NCBI RefSeq assembly: GCF_006345805.1
Contig: NC_043012.1
Location: 23,994,001 to 24,058,000, forward strand
Length of the DNA: 64,000 bases
DNA from: Octopus sinensis
Taxonomy: Eukaryota
Reading direction: 5' to 3'
The translations under genes and the position numbers were made by a program. The notes under the pieces are model-generated. The model was not told the origin of the DNA. It saw only the letters and a program-made list of their open reading frames with translations, and ran no database searches. Positions 39,825 through 53,939 of this stretch are shown in pieces (position 1 is the stretch's first letter; each line of letters begins with the position of its first letter).

Positions 39825-40026
39825 ATAGGGAGAGTTTACGAAAAAAACAAAAGACGAAGACAGGTGGTACACAAAACAAACAGATGTATTAGTATACTGC
39901 TCAGGAATAGAAAAAGTCTTTTACGTTTCGAGCCTACGCTCTTCTACAGGAAGGGACACAGAAAAAACAAGGAGAGAAACAAGGAGAGAAAAAAATGTGT
40001 GTAGTGGCTAACGATCTATCATGGCG
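39825..40026 (-). mobile_element. Short Penelope-like/retrozyme-like element, copy 3
   Basis: Highly similar to 10899-11125, with the same hammerhead-like motif at 39918-39953 and TA-repeat flanks. Confidence 0.7.
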
Positions 40027-40139
40027 TAATGTATATATATATTTATGAGCAAAACGTACCCCTGCCCCGTCCAATAGACAGTGTTGAGTTGTCAAACATT
40101 TAAACCAAATTTTCAACTTATCCGATGGTCCCATAGGCC

Positions 40140-40412
40140 TCCCCTTTGAGAAACACTGATTTAACCTAAATTTCAGACACCAGCAAAAGAAGAAAAAAGG
40201 ATAGACTTTTTTCTATTCCAAAGAAAAACAATTTCCCACGGCTTTATCGATCGCATACTCACCTGGAATCGATTTTTGTAATTTTTTAAAGACTTATACA
40301 TGATCTGATACCATTGGTATCTACATATCAAATTTGAGCACAATCGGATGGAGAATGCCCGAGATCCTAGAAGCCACACACACACACAGACAGAACTGAT
40401 TTTATATGAGAT
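40140..40412 (-). mobile_element. Helitron/Helentron-associated non-autonomous element 5' part
   Basis: The minus strand begins tatctcatataaaatcagttctgtctgtgtgtg...ccgattgtgctcaaattt, a layout typical of non-autonomous Helitron 5' ends. Confidence 0.4.
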
Positions 40413-40418
40413 ATATAA

Positions 40419-40449
<31 letters not shown>

Positions 40450-40450
<1 letters not shown>

Positions 40451-40618
40451 CTCTTTACTTGTTTCAGTCATTTGACTGCGGCCATGCTGGAGCACCACCT
40501 TTAATCGAGCAACTCGACCCCGGGACTTATTCTTTTGTAAGCCCAGTACTTATTCTATCGGTTTCTTTTGCCGAACTGCTAAGTAACGGAGACATAAACA
40601 CACCAGCATCGGTTGTCA
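40450..40618 (-). mobile_element. Family-A SINE, 3' half
   Basis: Tail and body only. Confidence 0.85.
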
Positions 40619-40657
40619 GATATAATAGTAAATAGTAAAATCACTTCAATAATAATG

Positions 40658-40702
<45 letters not shown>

Positions 40703-41004
40703 CTGAACCTTATGTAGCTATGCACCCTAGAATAACTTTGAAATACCATAAGGAAAATTTTTAGTGTGACTCTAAGGTTAGATTAATTTGTCCATGTAAA
40801 TCAGATTTAGGTAAATTAAGTAAAATTATTCTAAATAAATACATTAATAGATTAAATCAATTACCTTAAACTTTGAAGTAGTAATAATGATACTTTAAAA
40901 TGGTTTCATAATGCTAAAGATAAAAATAAATATAAATTCATTCAAATAGATATAGATAATTATTATTCTTCAATTAATGAGATCGTACTTGATGAAGCCC
41001 TAAC

Positions 41005-41235
41005 AAAACTCCTTATAACACCAAAGTTGAACTGAAGGCAAGGATTATGGCAGCATTCATGAACTCAAACTAGGAGACCGTCCAGAAGAGTTGCAGGAAA
41101 TTCCAAAGTTGTCTGGAGACCGTGGTTGAAGCCAATGACAATTTTATTAAAAAGCTTTACTCTTTAGTATTTCAAGATATTTTGGTAAATATCTCTGTTA
41201 AAAGAAGATGTCTGATATTTTCATTTTTGTGTAAT
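41005..41235 (+). pseudogene. Tc1/mariner-superfamily transposase C-terminal remnant
   Basis: KTPYNTKVELKARIMAAFMNSN*ETVQKSCRKFQSCLETVVEANDNFIKK resembles the transposase end ELKARI...ACxxFRxRLEAVVEANG. Confidence 0.7.
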
Positions 41236-41238
41236 TTA

Positions 41239-41525
41239 TACTCTCTCTTTTACTCTTTTATTTGTTTCAGTCATTTGACTGCGGCCATGCTGAAGCACCG
41301 CCTTTAGTCAAGCAACTCGACCCCGGGACTTATTCTTTTTGTAAGCCCAGTACTTATTATATCGGTCTCTTTTTGCCGAACCGCTAAGTGACGGGGATGT
41401 AAACACACCAGCATCGGTTGTCAAGCAATGCTAGGGGGACAAACACAGACACACAAACATACACGCACGTATATACATATATACGACAGGCTTCTTTCAG
41501 TTTCCGTCTACCAAATCCACTCACA
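41239..41525 (-). mobile_element. Family-A SINE, head-truncated
   Basis: Near-consensus match ending at ccaaatccactcacaa. Confidence 0.88.
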
Positions 41526-42504
41526 ACAATTTATTTACCACACCCTACACATATATGTATGTCACATCTATGTTTTCAAAACATAAAACATGGGAAGAAA
41601 ATTGAAGGTGTTTTAAAGCCTATGAAATCTTGTATGTCTTCTGTACAACTTATAAGCACAAATGTGTTTTAGAGAATATTTAAATACAGGTGCCTATACA
41701 GCATAAATTAATTTTTAGTACATAAATGTAAGAATTAATATGCATATATGTTCAATAGCTTAGCTTTTTTAATGCCATAACTAAACTCCATCAACCATCT
41801 CTACCTATTATCTTCCCAGTTTCCTATCTACGTATCTATCAAGCATCTTATCCTTATACCTATGTAACTGTATAACTATTTATCTTTCCATCATCATATC
41901 TATCTAACTATATAGCTATCTATCTATCTATCTATTTACCTATCTTTCTATTTACCTGTCTGTCGGTCTATCTTACATATCTATGTATTTATTTATCTAT
42001 CTACCTATTCACATATGCTTCTATTCATCTGTCTATCTGTATATCTACCTACCAACTTATCTACTTACCTACAATGGGGCTTTGTCATTTCACAATAAAG
42101 ATTCAGGTGTTCAATTACCTGAATTACCTGCTCCTAAATGAACCTGTGAGTGGCTGAGTATTCCACAGACAGGTGTACCTTTATTATAATTCCGAGGCAG
42201 AATCAATAAAATATAGTGTGACGCAAAGGCTGTACCTTTTGAAATAAAATTCACCCCACAGGCTTCTCTACAGTTTCCCTTTTCCCAATTTCAACCACAA
42301 GACAGAGGTTGATACAAGGATATCGAAAATTGCATTTACCCTGAATGATATTTATCCAAGATGACATGAAATGAGTGTATGTGTGTGTATATGCACACAC
42401 ATATGAGCTGAGTCAAACTTTTGTTGAATACATGTAACACTAACGAACATATTGAGTGCTACATGTCTTTATTTGTTTGTTAGCCCCCTCCTCCTATCTC
42501 TCCA

Positions 42505-42549
<45 letters not shown>

Positions 42550-43094
42550 GAAATGTGTCTCTTTGTCGGTGATATTGTGCGCGTCATGTGTTGATATGTA
42601 AGCTTCATAACTTAGCTTCGCTTCTCAATGCTCCACCCAAAGCCATCTGTTACATTAGATGTTATCTTGAATAAGCACACATAACCTAAGAACACGTGTT
42701 TGTCTGTGCAAAAGAAAATTTTTACCTAAGAAATATAGAAGTAAACAGAATGAGTCAGGAGATGGAGGAAAAGAGACAGAGCTAGAGAGAGAGAGAGAGA
42801 AAGAAAGAGAAGTATCCCCCACCCCACCCCATGACCAGGTCCATTCATTTGTCCATACCATTAGTCAAACCACTGGTTGTAGCAGTTATTGTTGCAGTGG
42901 TGGTTGTTTAGCTTGCCACAGGAGAACCTGACCAAAAAAACACAGAAGCATTTTAGACCTGCCGTGACCATCCTGTCAGACACACTGAATCCAGAACTAC
43001 AAAATCCAAAGCAGTTCTCTGTGATTGGGTTGTCTTTCATTTTATGATGGTGGTGAATGGTTTGAGGGAGAGTGATTTGGTTGTTGTTTCTAGC

Positions 43095-43257
43095 TTTTTC
43101 ATTAGCTCATTGTTATAACTACTGTTGTTTACATCTGATGAAGAAGACATCATCATCATCATCATCATTTAGCGTCCGTTTAAATGATGATGATGATGAT
43201 GATGTCTTCTTCATCAGATGTAAACAACAGTAGTTATAACAATGAGCTAATGAAAAA
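43095..43257. repeat. Perfect palindrome, 77 bp arms, 9 nt loop
   Basis: 43095-43171 is the exact reverse complement of 43181-43257, including seven CAT/ATG units on each arm. Confidence 0.95.
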
Positions 43258-43809
43258 ACATATGAACAAAATCATTCCAGCCATGACCATCCCATGTACA
43301 GGGAAATTACGACCAAATTATCCATTGTACCCTTTGTGAAGATAGAACAGTGTCACTCAAGTGAGAATAGCCTGTTATTTCTATTAGATCAGATGACCAC
43401 ATAGAGGCATCCTCATTGGATGATTCTGATAAAGATGCCGCAGACTAGGATTGAACCTGAAGCCATATGGTTATGAATTTCAAACAAAAAATAATTTGAA
43501 TGTTGGCAATAAATTGAGCAAACTTATTAGCCACAAAGTCGTTCTTGTGCTCATGTCCCTTCCTCAGCTGATACTATGTGATCTGAAACACACACACACA
43601 CACGAACACATTATCCCCTAGTCTAACTGTATCAGTTGCTTGTTTGCCTTCCTTTTGGCCCCATAAATCTTACTTATGTTGTCTGTGTGTTTTTATGTAC
43701 CTCTCTCTCTCTCTCTCTCTCTCGTTCACTCTCTGTATGAAGGGTGCTGGTGCCATGTAAAAAGCACCCAGTCCACATTATAAAGTAGTTGGTTAGTTAG
43801 TTAATTTTT

Positions 43810-44060
43810 TGGCTCAAAAGCAAAAAGCAAGACCATGTAGGGGGACATGGAGTTATGTACAGGGTGGTGTTCATGTAAAGAGTTCAGGCCACTTGAGGTC
43901 AAGGGAGACTTTGAACAAAGCGGTCATCGGCATCTTCACCATCTCGTCTGGCAGCTCGTTCCACGGATCCGCAACCCGGATGGAGAAAGCTCCTCTCCTT
44001 CGATTGAGATGAAATCGTCGCAGGTAGAGCTTTTTGGAATGACCCCGCAGCTGACGCTCT
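43810..44060 (-). mobile_element. CR1/L2-type LINE 3' fragment inserted in a family-B SINE
   Basis: The minus strand translates RQLRGHSKKLYLRRFHLNRRRGAFSIRVADPWNELPDEMVKMPMTALFKVSLDLKWPELFT*, containing the CR1-clade RGH-xxKL...F-SxRV-xxWN-xLP...FK motif. Confidence 0.85.
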
Positions 44061-44506
44061 GCTGTTGGTGTTAGGAATGACTTTAGCTGTAGAAGCTATA
44101 CTAAAACAGACTATGGAGTTTGGTGTGGTTCCTGGCCTTGCCAGCTCCTGTCAAATCATCCAACCCATGCAAACATAGAAAAGAAACATTAAATGATGAT
44201 GATGATGATGATGATGGCCACGAACGCCCAAACAGAAACTATATCTATTTATAAGAACTGCGATACCAAAATGAGGAAAAAGGAAAACGAACAGTTTGAA
44301 AATTGCTGTTACGCAAGAAACTTGACCTCAAATTAGAGACCATTTTTATACGAAAAAACCCGAAAAAACTGATCACTGGAAGAAAAGCAATCCTGATATG
44401 ATTTGTAAATATCTAACAATCTGTAAACATCAACTCATTAAATGGAACAAAAAATTACAGGCAAAAATCCACTTCAAACATTTTTTTTTTTCAAATATAT
44501 AATACT

Positions 44507-44725
44507 CTTTTCTACTCTAGGCACAAGACCTGAAAATTTTGGGGGAGGGAAGGAGCCAGTCGATTAGGTCGACCCCAGTATGCAACTGGTGCTTAATTTA
44601 TTGACCCCAAAAAGATGAAAGGCAAAGTCGACCTTGGCAGAATTTGAACTCAGAACATAAAGACACACAAAATAGCGCTAAGCATTTCGCCTGGTGGGCT
44701 AACGATTTTGCCAGTTTGCCGCCTG
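44507..44725 (-). mobile_element. Family-C SINE with 17 bp target-site duplication
   Basis: ttcaaatatataatact at 44490-44506 and 44726-44742 flanks the element. Confidence 0.9.
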
Positions 44726-44772
44726 TTCAAATATATAATACTACACTACAATGAATTCTCAATTTCTATTTC

Positions 44773-44774
<2 letters not shown>

Positions 44775-44815
<41 letters not shown>

Positions 44816-45135
44816 CATATACATATATACATATGCATATATATATATACATATGCATAAGCATATATACATATACATATGCATATATATATATATACAT
44901 ATGCATATATATATACATATGCATATGCATATAAACAAATACATATGCATATACATATGCATATATACAAATACATATGCATATATATATATGCATATGC
45001 ATATATACAAATACATATGCATATGCATATATATATATATACAAATACATATGCATATATATATATATGCATATGCATATATACAAATACATATGCATAT
45101 GCATATATATATATATACATATATATATATATTAT
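44775..45135. repeat. Compound self-complementary (TA)n/CATATG minisatellite
   Basis: Repeated atacaaatacatatgcatat units. Confidence 0.85.
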
Positions 45136-45596
45136 ATATTATGCACGTGTACAAACATTGTTGGGTAACAATCTGGAGGAGTGCAATACAAATGCAGAGT
45201 GCCACACTTTAAGCTGGTTCCATGGGTCTGTTACTCTCTAGTTTCCACAGTATGCTGCCGTTTCTTCAGACAAGTTAACCTGGTCTGAAGGAGCAGCCGT
45301 GCATCATGAAACCACCTGAGTAACAGGCCACTGTATCAGTGTGTGTATTATATACATGAGAGAGAGAGAGAGATTTGCACACAGAAACATGCAAACAGAA
45401 AAGGTACAAAACAAGGTGGAGAAAATAATACTCAAATACCCAAGGTAGATCATGATGTAGTGTTTAATTGAAACAGAAAACAATTCTCATTACTGATCAT
45501 CAAGAAGTGAAACTCAGAGTAACACTGTGTCGATTTTCAGCTTCAATTAAACACTAAACATGGACATAGTTATACTCTTTCTAGTATATATATATA

Positions 45597-45989
45597 TTCT
45601 TTTACTTGTTTCAGTCATTTGACTGTGGCCATGCTGGAGCACCGCTTTTTTTTTTTTTTTAATCGAGCAACTCGACCCCGGGACTTATTCTTTTGTAAGC
45701 CCAGTACTTATTCTATCAGTCTCTTTTGCCGAACCGCTAAGTGACAGGGACATAAACACACCAGCATTGGTTGTCAAGCAATGCTAGGGGGACAAACACA
45801 GACACACACATATATATACATATATACGACGGGCTTCTTTCAGTTTCCGTCAACCAAATCTACTCACAAGGCTTTGGTCGGCCCGAGGCTATAGTAGAAG
45901 ACACTTGCCCAAGGTGCCACGCAGTGGACTGAACCCGGAACCATGTGGTTGGTAAGCAAGCTACTTACCACACAGCCACTCCTGCACCT
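45597..45989 (-). mobile_element. Family-A SINE, full length
   Basis: Near-consensus match, inserted in a (TA)n tract. Confidence 0.92.
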
Positions 45990-48900
45990 GTATATATATA
46001 TATATAAAAATATTCTTCCGTATAAATGTCTATAAAAGCTTAAACAAATTGACTTTTAAGAAACTCTCTTCATAGATGTATACTTTTAAGGAAATATAAT
46101 ACATCCAGTAACTTGTGTCACTTTGACCAAGTATTTTCCATTATAACCCTTGGCTGACCAATGCATTGTGAGTGAATTTGGTGGACAGGAATTGTGTGGA
46201 AGCTCAATGCATATCATATATATTTTTTTGTATGGCTTAATAGAGTTGTTGTTGTTACATATTTAGGAGTGGATGTAATTTACTTATGGAATTTATTTAT
46301 TGATAAGGTTTGTACATAGGGTAAATGTGTTCGAAAGTTGCGATTTCTTTGGTATGTCTGTTCCCAAACAACACTTATTTTAGTGCTGTTGACACTGCCA
46401 GAGTGAATGGTACTGCGCAGGTGTCGAAACCACAATGATATATCTGTGGGTCAGCTGATGATGGAGGTATGTTGGATTGTTGGTATGGCTGTGGAATAGT
46501 ATTATAACACATCCTTTTGATATATATATATATACTCCATACATAATAATAATAGTTTACAAGTTTTAAGCTTCTGAAATATTATTATCATCTACAGAAT
46601 TATCACTCATCACCGTTTCCCAAACCATTGCAGACAACATATATGTGGGTGTGTGTCTCTCTCTGTGTTTGTGATTGTCCATCCCCCACTGCTTGACAAC
46701 AGCAGTTGGTTTGTTTGTGTCCCCACAAATTCACAGTTCAACAAAAGGACAAATAACATTAAGTAAAGAGGTTGTTAAAGTTTAATTTAACTCATCAAGG
46801 TTTCACTGCCAAGAGAAAACAAAAAAAAAAGCCTTTACACTGGGATGTCTGGAAAGATTTTCCAGACAACCCTTAGTTTCTCTTTCCTTTCCCCACTCCT
46901 ACTCTTCTAGTTCTCACCCCACCCCCACCTCTCAAAAGACCCCTTAATTTTATTTGTTTATTTTATTTCATTATTTATTTATTTTTATTTACAAACAGAA
47001 GAATCTCCACAAAATTTTCCAAAAATACACACACACCCAAACAAAAAAAAAAAAGAGAGAGAAGAAGAAGAAACAAATTAAAAGCAGTGTTACAGTTCAA
47101 GACCATTCCTGAAAACTCTCCATAAAATGTCTTGCTCGCAGAAATGAGAATTCTCCATCTCAAAATACAGATAACCACTGCAGGGAATCAAGATTCCAAT
47201 GTCATGTTTTCTTTACTTTTTCTTCTGCATGAAACACAAGTTCAAAAGCTTCGAGCTTAAAATTTATAGATTTGCTACGCCACCACAAACACATGGAGGT
47301 TGACAGCACAGAGATAGGGGTAGCAGATAACTTCCACTTAGGTAAGAGCAGCTTCAAGACGACCCAGAAGCCAGAAATGAGCCCTGAAACAAGTCTCTTT
47401 AAGTACAGATGCTCACATTTCTTCTTTATTTTTTTGTTGTCTTCTTTTAAGTTTGTCATGTTTTAAGCCTTCAACTGTTTACTAAACAAGGTGTGGTTGG
47501 CTGTGTGCTTTGTGTTTTTGGTTTGCAGTGTTTGAAGATTTGGTGGAGGCAGCAGCAGTGGTGGTGGTTAGTAACAGAGGAGGAAGGGGTGTCAGGAAGA
47601 ACTTTTTGCTTTGTTTTAGAGTGTGTGGGTGTGTGTATTCTCTTGTATAAACACAATCAAACAAACATCCTTGTAAAAACAGGCAATAAGTACATATATA
47701 TCATCATCATCATAAACATACAAAAAAAGACAACAGCAAACACATTCAAACACACACATAATATATACACATTGCTCAAACACACACTAACATACATATA
47801 TATATATATATATATACATACATACACATACTGACACACACAAACATACACACAGTCACACACCAGATGTTTCCCAAACTTGAAATAAATATGACAAAAA
47901 AAAATGCATGAAATAATCCACCCATTCCTTCAACAGCTTGTGGGAGCTCCAGTAACTTCACAACAATATACATACACACATACATACAATACACACACAC
48001 ACACACACATATATATATACACAAACATACTTACATACGCACAAACACATACATAGAAACACACTGGAGGGTAAAGTTTAATGCCTTCTTTGTAGTGAGG
48101 CAAGTATACTTTTATTTCATGCCTGTTGTTGTTGTTGTTGTATTCTTGTAGTTGTTGCTGAAGCTGTTATGTGCTATGTTCCCTTCAACTAAAAATTTAA
48201 CAAAAATGATAATACCCAAAACAAAAAAAAAATGGAAACACTAGTTAGGGAGAAAAGAATATAGACAGAAGCACAAAGAAGAGGGGAGGACCATTTTAAA
48301 TTAAAGAACATCAACAGACATTGGAATAACAACATTAGAACAACACGAAAAGAAAACAAAAAAAAAGAAGACTGCTATGTTGTCTTGGAGCCATTAGTTA
48401 ATGATTTTCAAAAAAATCATATTTTATATATACATATATATGTGTATATGTATGTATGTATATATATAGGGATGTGTATATGTACATATGAATGTGTGAG
48501 CAATTGTAATTTCATGCGTGCATGTGTACATATATACACACATACATATATGCATACATACATATATACATACATGTACATACACATGTGAGTGAGTATG
48601 TGACCATTCCAATGGAAAAGATCTTTAATTTTTTGGTTGTTTCTTTTTTTTTAAGTATTGTTTTTGCCATTTTTTTTTGCCACTCAATTTCAGTTTTTGT
48701 TGTTTCTTGAAGATAAAAACTAAAAAAAAAAAAAAAAAAACACAGCAAAGAAACTATAAATTGGTCACCTTAGAGAAATCCCTGTAGAGTCTGCAGGAAA
48801 GGAAAAAGAAATAAAAACTAAAATAAAAACAAAAAAAAAACTGACAAACCTATTGATCTGATTGGTTAAATTCTATGAATGAAAAAGTTTCTCTCAATAA

Positions 48901-49244
48901 TTTTTGCCATTGTTCTATATTTGGTCTCTTTGTGTTTTTTCTTTTTTCTTAGTTCTTGATGGCAATAACAAGTACAGTGATTGGTTGGTTGTAAATAAGT
49001 ACCAAACAGCAAGAAGACTTCATCATTCTAGGCCACCCCACAAGACAGACTCAAATATGTCTTTTATTTGTTTTCTTGCTGATAAAAGACTTGACCTCAA
49101 CATCAGAACTCTTCAGCATTTAAACCAGCCACATCCAGTCAAAATATTCGACCAATTTTATGTTGAGGCTTGCCTGATCTGACTTATCACAACTGCTCGA
49201 CAATGTCAGTCTAAAAATAAACGATTACATTGTTGAAATGTTCA

Positions 49245-49423
49245 AGGCGCAGGAGTGGCTGTGTGGTTGTGTGGCTGTGTGGTAAGTAGCTTGCTTACCA
49301 ACCACATGGTTCTGGGTTCAGTCCCACTGCGTGGCACCTTGAGCAGGTGTCTTCTGCTATAGCCCCGGGCTGACCAAAGCCTTGTGAGTGGATTTGGTAG
49401 ACGGAAACTGAAAGAAGCCTGTC

Positions 49424-49501
<78 letters not shown>

Positions 49502-49700
49502 GTTTGTCCCTCTAGCATTGCTTGACAACCAATGCTGGTGTGTTTACGTCCCCGTCACTTAGCAGTTCGGCAAAAGAGACCGATAGAATAAGTACTGGGC
49601 TTACAAAGAATAAGTCCTGGGGTTGATTTGCTCGGCTAAAGGCGGTGCTCCAGCATGGCCGCAGTCAAATGACTGAAACAAGTAAAAAAGTAAAAGAGTA
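49245..49700 (+). mobile_element. Family-A SINE, full length (plus strand)
   Basis: aggcgcaggagtggctgtgtgg...gactgaaacaagtaaaaaagtaaaagagta. Confidence 0.92.
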
Positions 49701-50849
49701 AAAAAGAGAGAGATAGTTATAAGATAATGCAGGATTAATTGAAAACAATGTGAATAAGCGAAAGAGTTACGTTTGACAGGAGAACCTGAATGCGAAAGGG
49801 TTAAATTAAATGAGGAAGCCTCTCTCAGGCCCTTGTAAAAACATGGAAAAACACACCATTGTGAAAAACATGAGAAAGTCTGACTAAGATATTATTATTT
49901 CTCTTTTTGCTCAGAAAAGATGACAATGTTTCTGACCTTTTGTGGCACCCCTGGAACTAGCAGGAGGAAGAGAAAAACACTAACTTGAAATTAGTAACCT
50001 GACTTAAACCTTGAAGACTTTTAACAGAGTGGACTCTGCTAAGGGTCCCTAAACTGCTAGGTGGTAGCGTCACCCCTTATTGCGCAGAAACTGAGAATAT
50101 ACTTAGCTCTGTGTACATGGTCCTGAAACAGAGAGCCTGAGTACATTCATATTTGATAGCAGGGTGCTTTCTGGAATTCTCCACATTTCATATAATGTAG
50201 AACACACATGTGAAAGTACATGGCCTAATGGTTAGGGTGTTGCACTCATGATCACAAAGTAGTAGGTTCAATCCTTGGACTACACTTCTTTAAATTTCCA
50301 TCAACCAAATCAAATCCACCCACAAGGTTTTGGTTGGTCCAAGGCTATAGTAGAAATCCCTTGTCCAGGGTGCCATGCAGCAGGACTGAAGCCATGACCA
50401 CAATGTTGGTGAACTTCTGAACCTTGACACCACGTGTATGATGGGCTTCCACACAGTTTCTGTCTACTAAATTTATTCATGAGCCATTGGTTGGCAAAGG
50501 GTGCCATGTAGGGAGACTGAACATTAAACCATATACCTATAAAGGGAGAGAATCTGGGCAAGTGGTTCTTTAAAAATTCATTTCATGTGGAAAGTCATCA
50601 GTTACTCATTCATGCATGCAGTTCTTTCATCTCCGACCGATGAATGTCAGTCATCCAAAGGAAGAATGCCACTTCAAAATGAACACAATTTAGCATATCA
50701 TCACAGGCTGCTATTTATAGCAAGCCAAGCAACCACACAGTGACTCCCGACCCTTTTTTTTACTGATGGCCCCTTCGGTTCTTATTTTACTCGAACAGAC
50801 CCTCATAACCATTTAACGTTTTAAAAATCCTGTTATATTTCTATTATTA

Positions 50850-51200
50850 AATATTGGACTTGTATAAAAACAGAAAATTAATAAAATGTTTTCTGTAGAA
50901 GTATATAACCAATTTCTTACATATAAATTTTAACATCAAAACCTTATATGAATCTCCAAGGGTGTTGTGGATCACCAAGAGCCATATTGACCTCTTGTTG
51001 AAAAACCACTGACTAAAATTGTTAAATATGAATTTGTTGCACAATTCAGGACAAGTAGTAAAAAAATTCATTTGTTTTTTCTTCATTTGAGGGGAAAAGT
51101 GAAAAGGGCGAACATCAAAATATTTCAATGTTCTTCTTGCGCTGCCTCACTTTCAGTTAAAATTTCACGTGGAATTACTCGTCAGCTCAAATATTCTCTT
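50850..51200 (-). pseudogene. Possible decayed hAT (Charlie/Buster-like) transposase C-terminus
   Basis: Fragmentary resemblance across frames (RIFELTSNST, CPELCNK, VSGFST) to the hAT dimerisation region; weak. Confidence 0.25.
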
Positions 51201-52464
51201 TCATCATCCAGCCTCTCACACCTATCCTACAACGTCATTCTAAAGATAAACAATCACCAACTTCAATCATATTTTTTTCTTTTGTGAAGCTATGAGACGA
51301 AGCACGATTAATTTAAAACATTAAGAATTAATCACGCCTTGCAATTAAGCATTGTATTTGATGAAATAATCTGAAAGCTAACATATTAAAAATCCATATG
51401 TTGTGGCCAGAGCAACAAGTAGAACAAGAAGAGCCCGGTTCAGTTAATGCATTTTTAGAGAAAGGCATAAACACCAAGACATCACATATCTTGCTTTAAT
51501 TCTATATAAAACACAATGATTTCACGTTAAATGCCATATTCAATACTAATATACAGTTCCAATAAGTAACATAGATTCAGCTATGTATTCATGTGTATGT
51601 GTAAGTGGTTGTATGGTGTGTGTGTGTGTGTGTGTGAGAAAGAGAGACAGACAGACAGAGAGGAGTATATGGATGCGTGTGCAAGTAGAAGCAGCTCTTT
51701 AGTGACACTTAAATCACTTAATTGAATAGGTTACATGGAGATTGACGAATAAATTTAATTTCTTGTTTACAGCAAACAGAACCAGAAATAAGCTCAGATG
51801 AGTTATTTGAAATACTTCACTGAATCAAGATGCTGCTGCTACTACTACTACTACTACTACTACTAATAATAATAATAATAATAATAACGATGATGATAAT
51901 AAAAATAATAGTTCATTCCAATAACGAATGCCTAGATACAATTTGCTTCTGTGGCTATGTGTATATGTACTGTGTAACATTTGTTTTCTCTAGTTTGTGT
52001 GTATATATATAACTATCTCTCTCTCTCTCTCTCTCTCTCTCCACATATATATATATACATACATAGAGAGAGAGAGAGAGACAGACAGATATACACATAC
52101 GTAGTCAAATGCATACATATATAGACAAATGTGGACACACACACAGACCTATATTAAGAAAGAGCTAGAATGAAAAGATAAAGATTGTAAATGAGTGATA
52201 CTAAAAAGTGTATATATGTGTGTACATGAGTGTGAGTGTGTGTGTAAATAGATAGATACATAGATACACAAACTTACTTAGAGGTATCTTCTCATTCATA
52301 TGCACACCCACTGTACACATAAGTGAAGTGTGCATGTGCGTGAGTATATATATATATATATATATATATGTGTATGTGTGTGTGTGTGTATGTATATATA
52401 TATATGTGTGTGTGTGTATATATATATATATATGTATGTATGTGTGTGTGTATGTATATATATA

Positions 52465-52507
<43 letters not shown>

Positions 52508-53939
52508 ATATATATATAAATATATATATAAAATCACAATATCACATACATAAAATTGCTTGTGTGTATGTAGATGTGCAGAAGTCTGTTTGTCTATTAT
52601 ACAATTTAGAATCTAAATACCTATGTGTGTGAGTGTGTGTATATGTATGTGCTTCTGTGTGTGTGTGTGTATTTTATATGCATTCAGATAGATGTTCAGT
52701 ATAAAAATAATACTTGATACCAAATACAGACACACAGAAGAGACCAAGCAGACCCATACTTATGGCAACATATAAACACACACACACACACACACACCTT
52801 TATACCAACTTACACCCACACAACTCTAGATATGCATTCCACATATGGAGACCGCATATGAAGCTATCTCATGAACAAGGAGGTGAGCCATCCAAGTGCA
52901 CACACTATATGTTGCAATCGAAAACAAAAGGATTATTATTATTGAATTAAGCTGTTATTTACAGAAGCTTTTATTTTGTGCGAAGATTGCACGTGGAATT
53001 AGTGACGTTCTCCTCCATTGCACTTAACGTAAATCACTGCACAATTGCATTTAACTCTTCATTTGTAGGTTCATGTTTTTATTATTGCTTTTATTATCAT
53101 TACTATCATTATTATTATTATTATTATTGTTATTTTTGTTGTGTCTTTCATCGTTCTAATAGAACACTTTCCTCTGCTTTCCCACCCACCCCCAACCACC
53201 ACTGCTGACGCCGACGACAGACACCATCGTTACAGAAAATCTGTCATCAACATCGTTATGACCACAATCACCCTCGTAGTGGCACCACCATCATTACCAT
53301 TGCCACTACTACCACCAACGCTACCACCACCACCAACAACAACAACATCACTACCAACTCCTCTCCTACCCACATCATCTTTCATTACTTGTATTCCAAT
53401 GATGTTGGAGGTACGACGGCAGCCTCTGCATGCTTGATCCACTTACTGACTAGAGATAACAGCCAAATCTCACTGCAATCAAACCCTGTCATCTCAGCAT
53501 GAAGGATACATTAAACTTTGCTGTTTATTCTTAGTACAAAGCCAGGGCAATGCTTTGGCAGAAACGTTACAGCCTCTGTTGATGCTGGTTAGCTTTGGAC
53601 ATTTTCTCCAATTCTTTGACCAGATTAACAGATTTTGTTTCCAAACACTCAAATATTCTGTTATCTTTTACTTGTTTCATTCCTGGAATGCGGCCATGCT
53701 GGGGCACAGCTTTGAAGAATTTTTAGTCGAAAGCATCAACCCCAGTATTAATATTTTGTTTTTTACTTTTTTAACCCTTTTGTTACCAACCCGGCCGAAA
53801 CCGGCTCTGGCTCTTTAGTATAAATGTCTTGCTTTCATAAGTTTTTAATTAAAATCTTCCACCAAACCTTAGTCACAATTTATGTTCCTAACACTAGCTT
53901 AATGATAACGATGTTATTTTACTAAATTCTTTGTTATAT

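Noticed and set aside
46415-46470. GAAAC...GTC-ag-CTGATGA as a type-II hammerhead
   Set aside because: There are only 2 nt for stem I and no stem II pairing, and the homologous copy near 38235-38270 does not keep the motif.
50711-50720. Perfect MEF2-type site ctatttatag
   Set aside because: A single AT-rich 10-mer has no statistical weight in this base composition.
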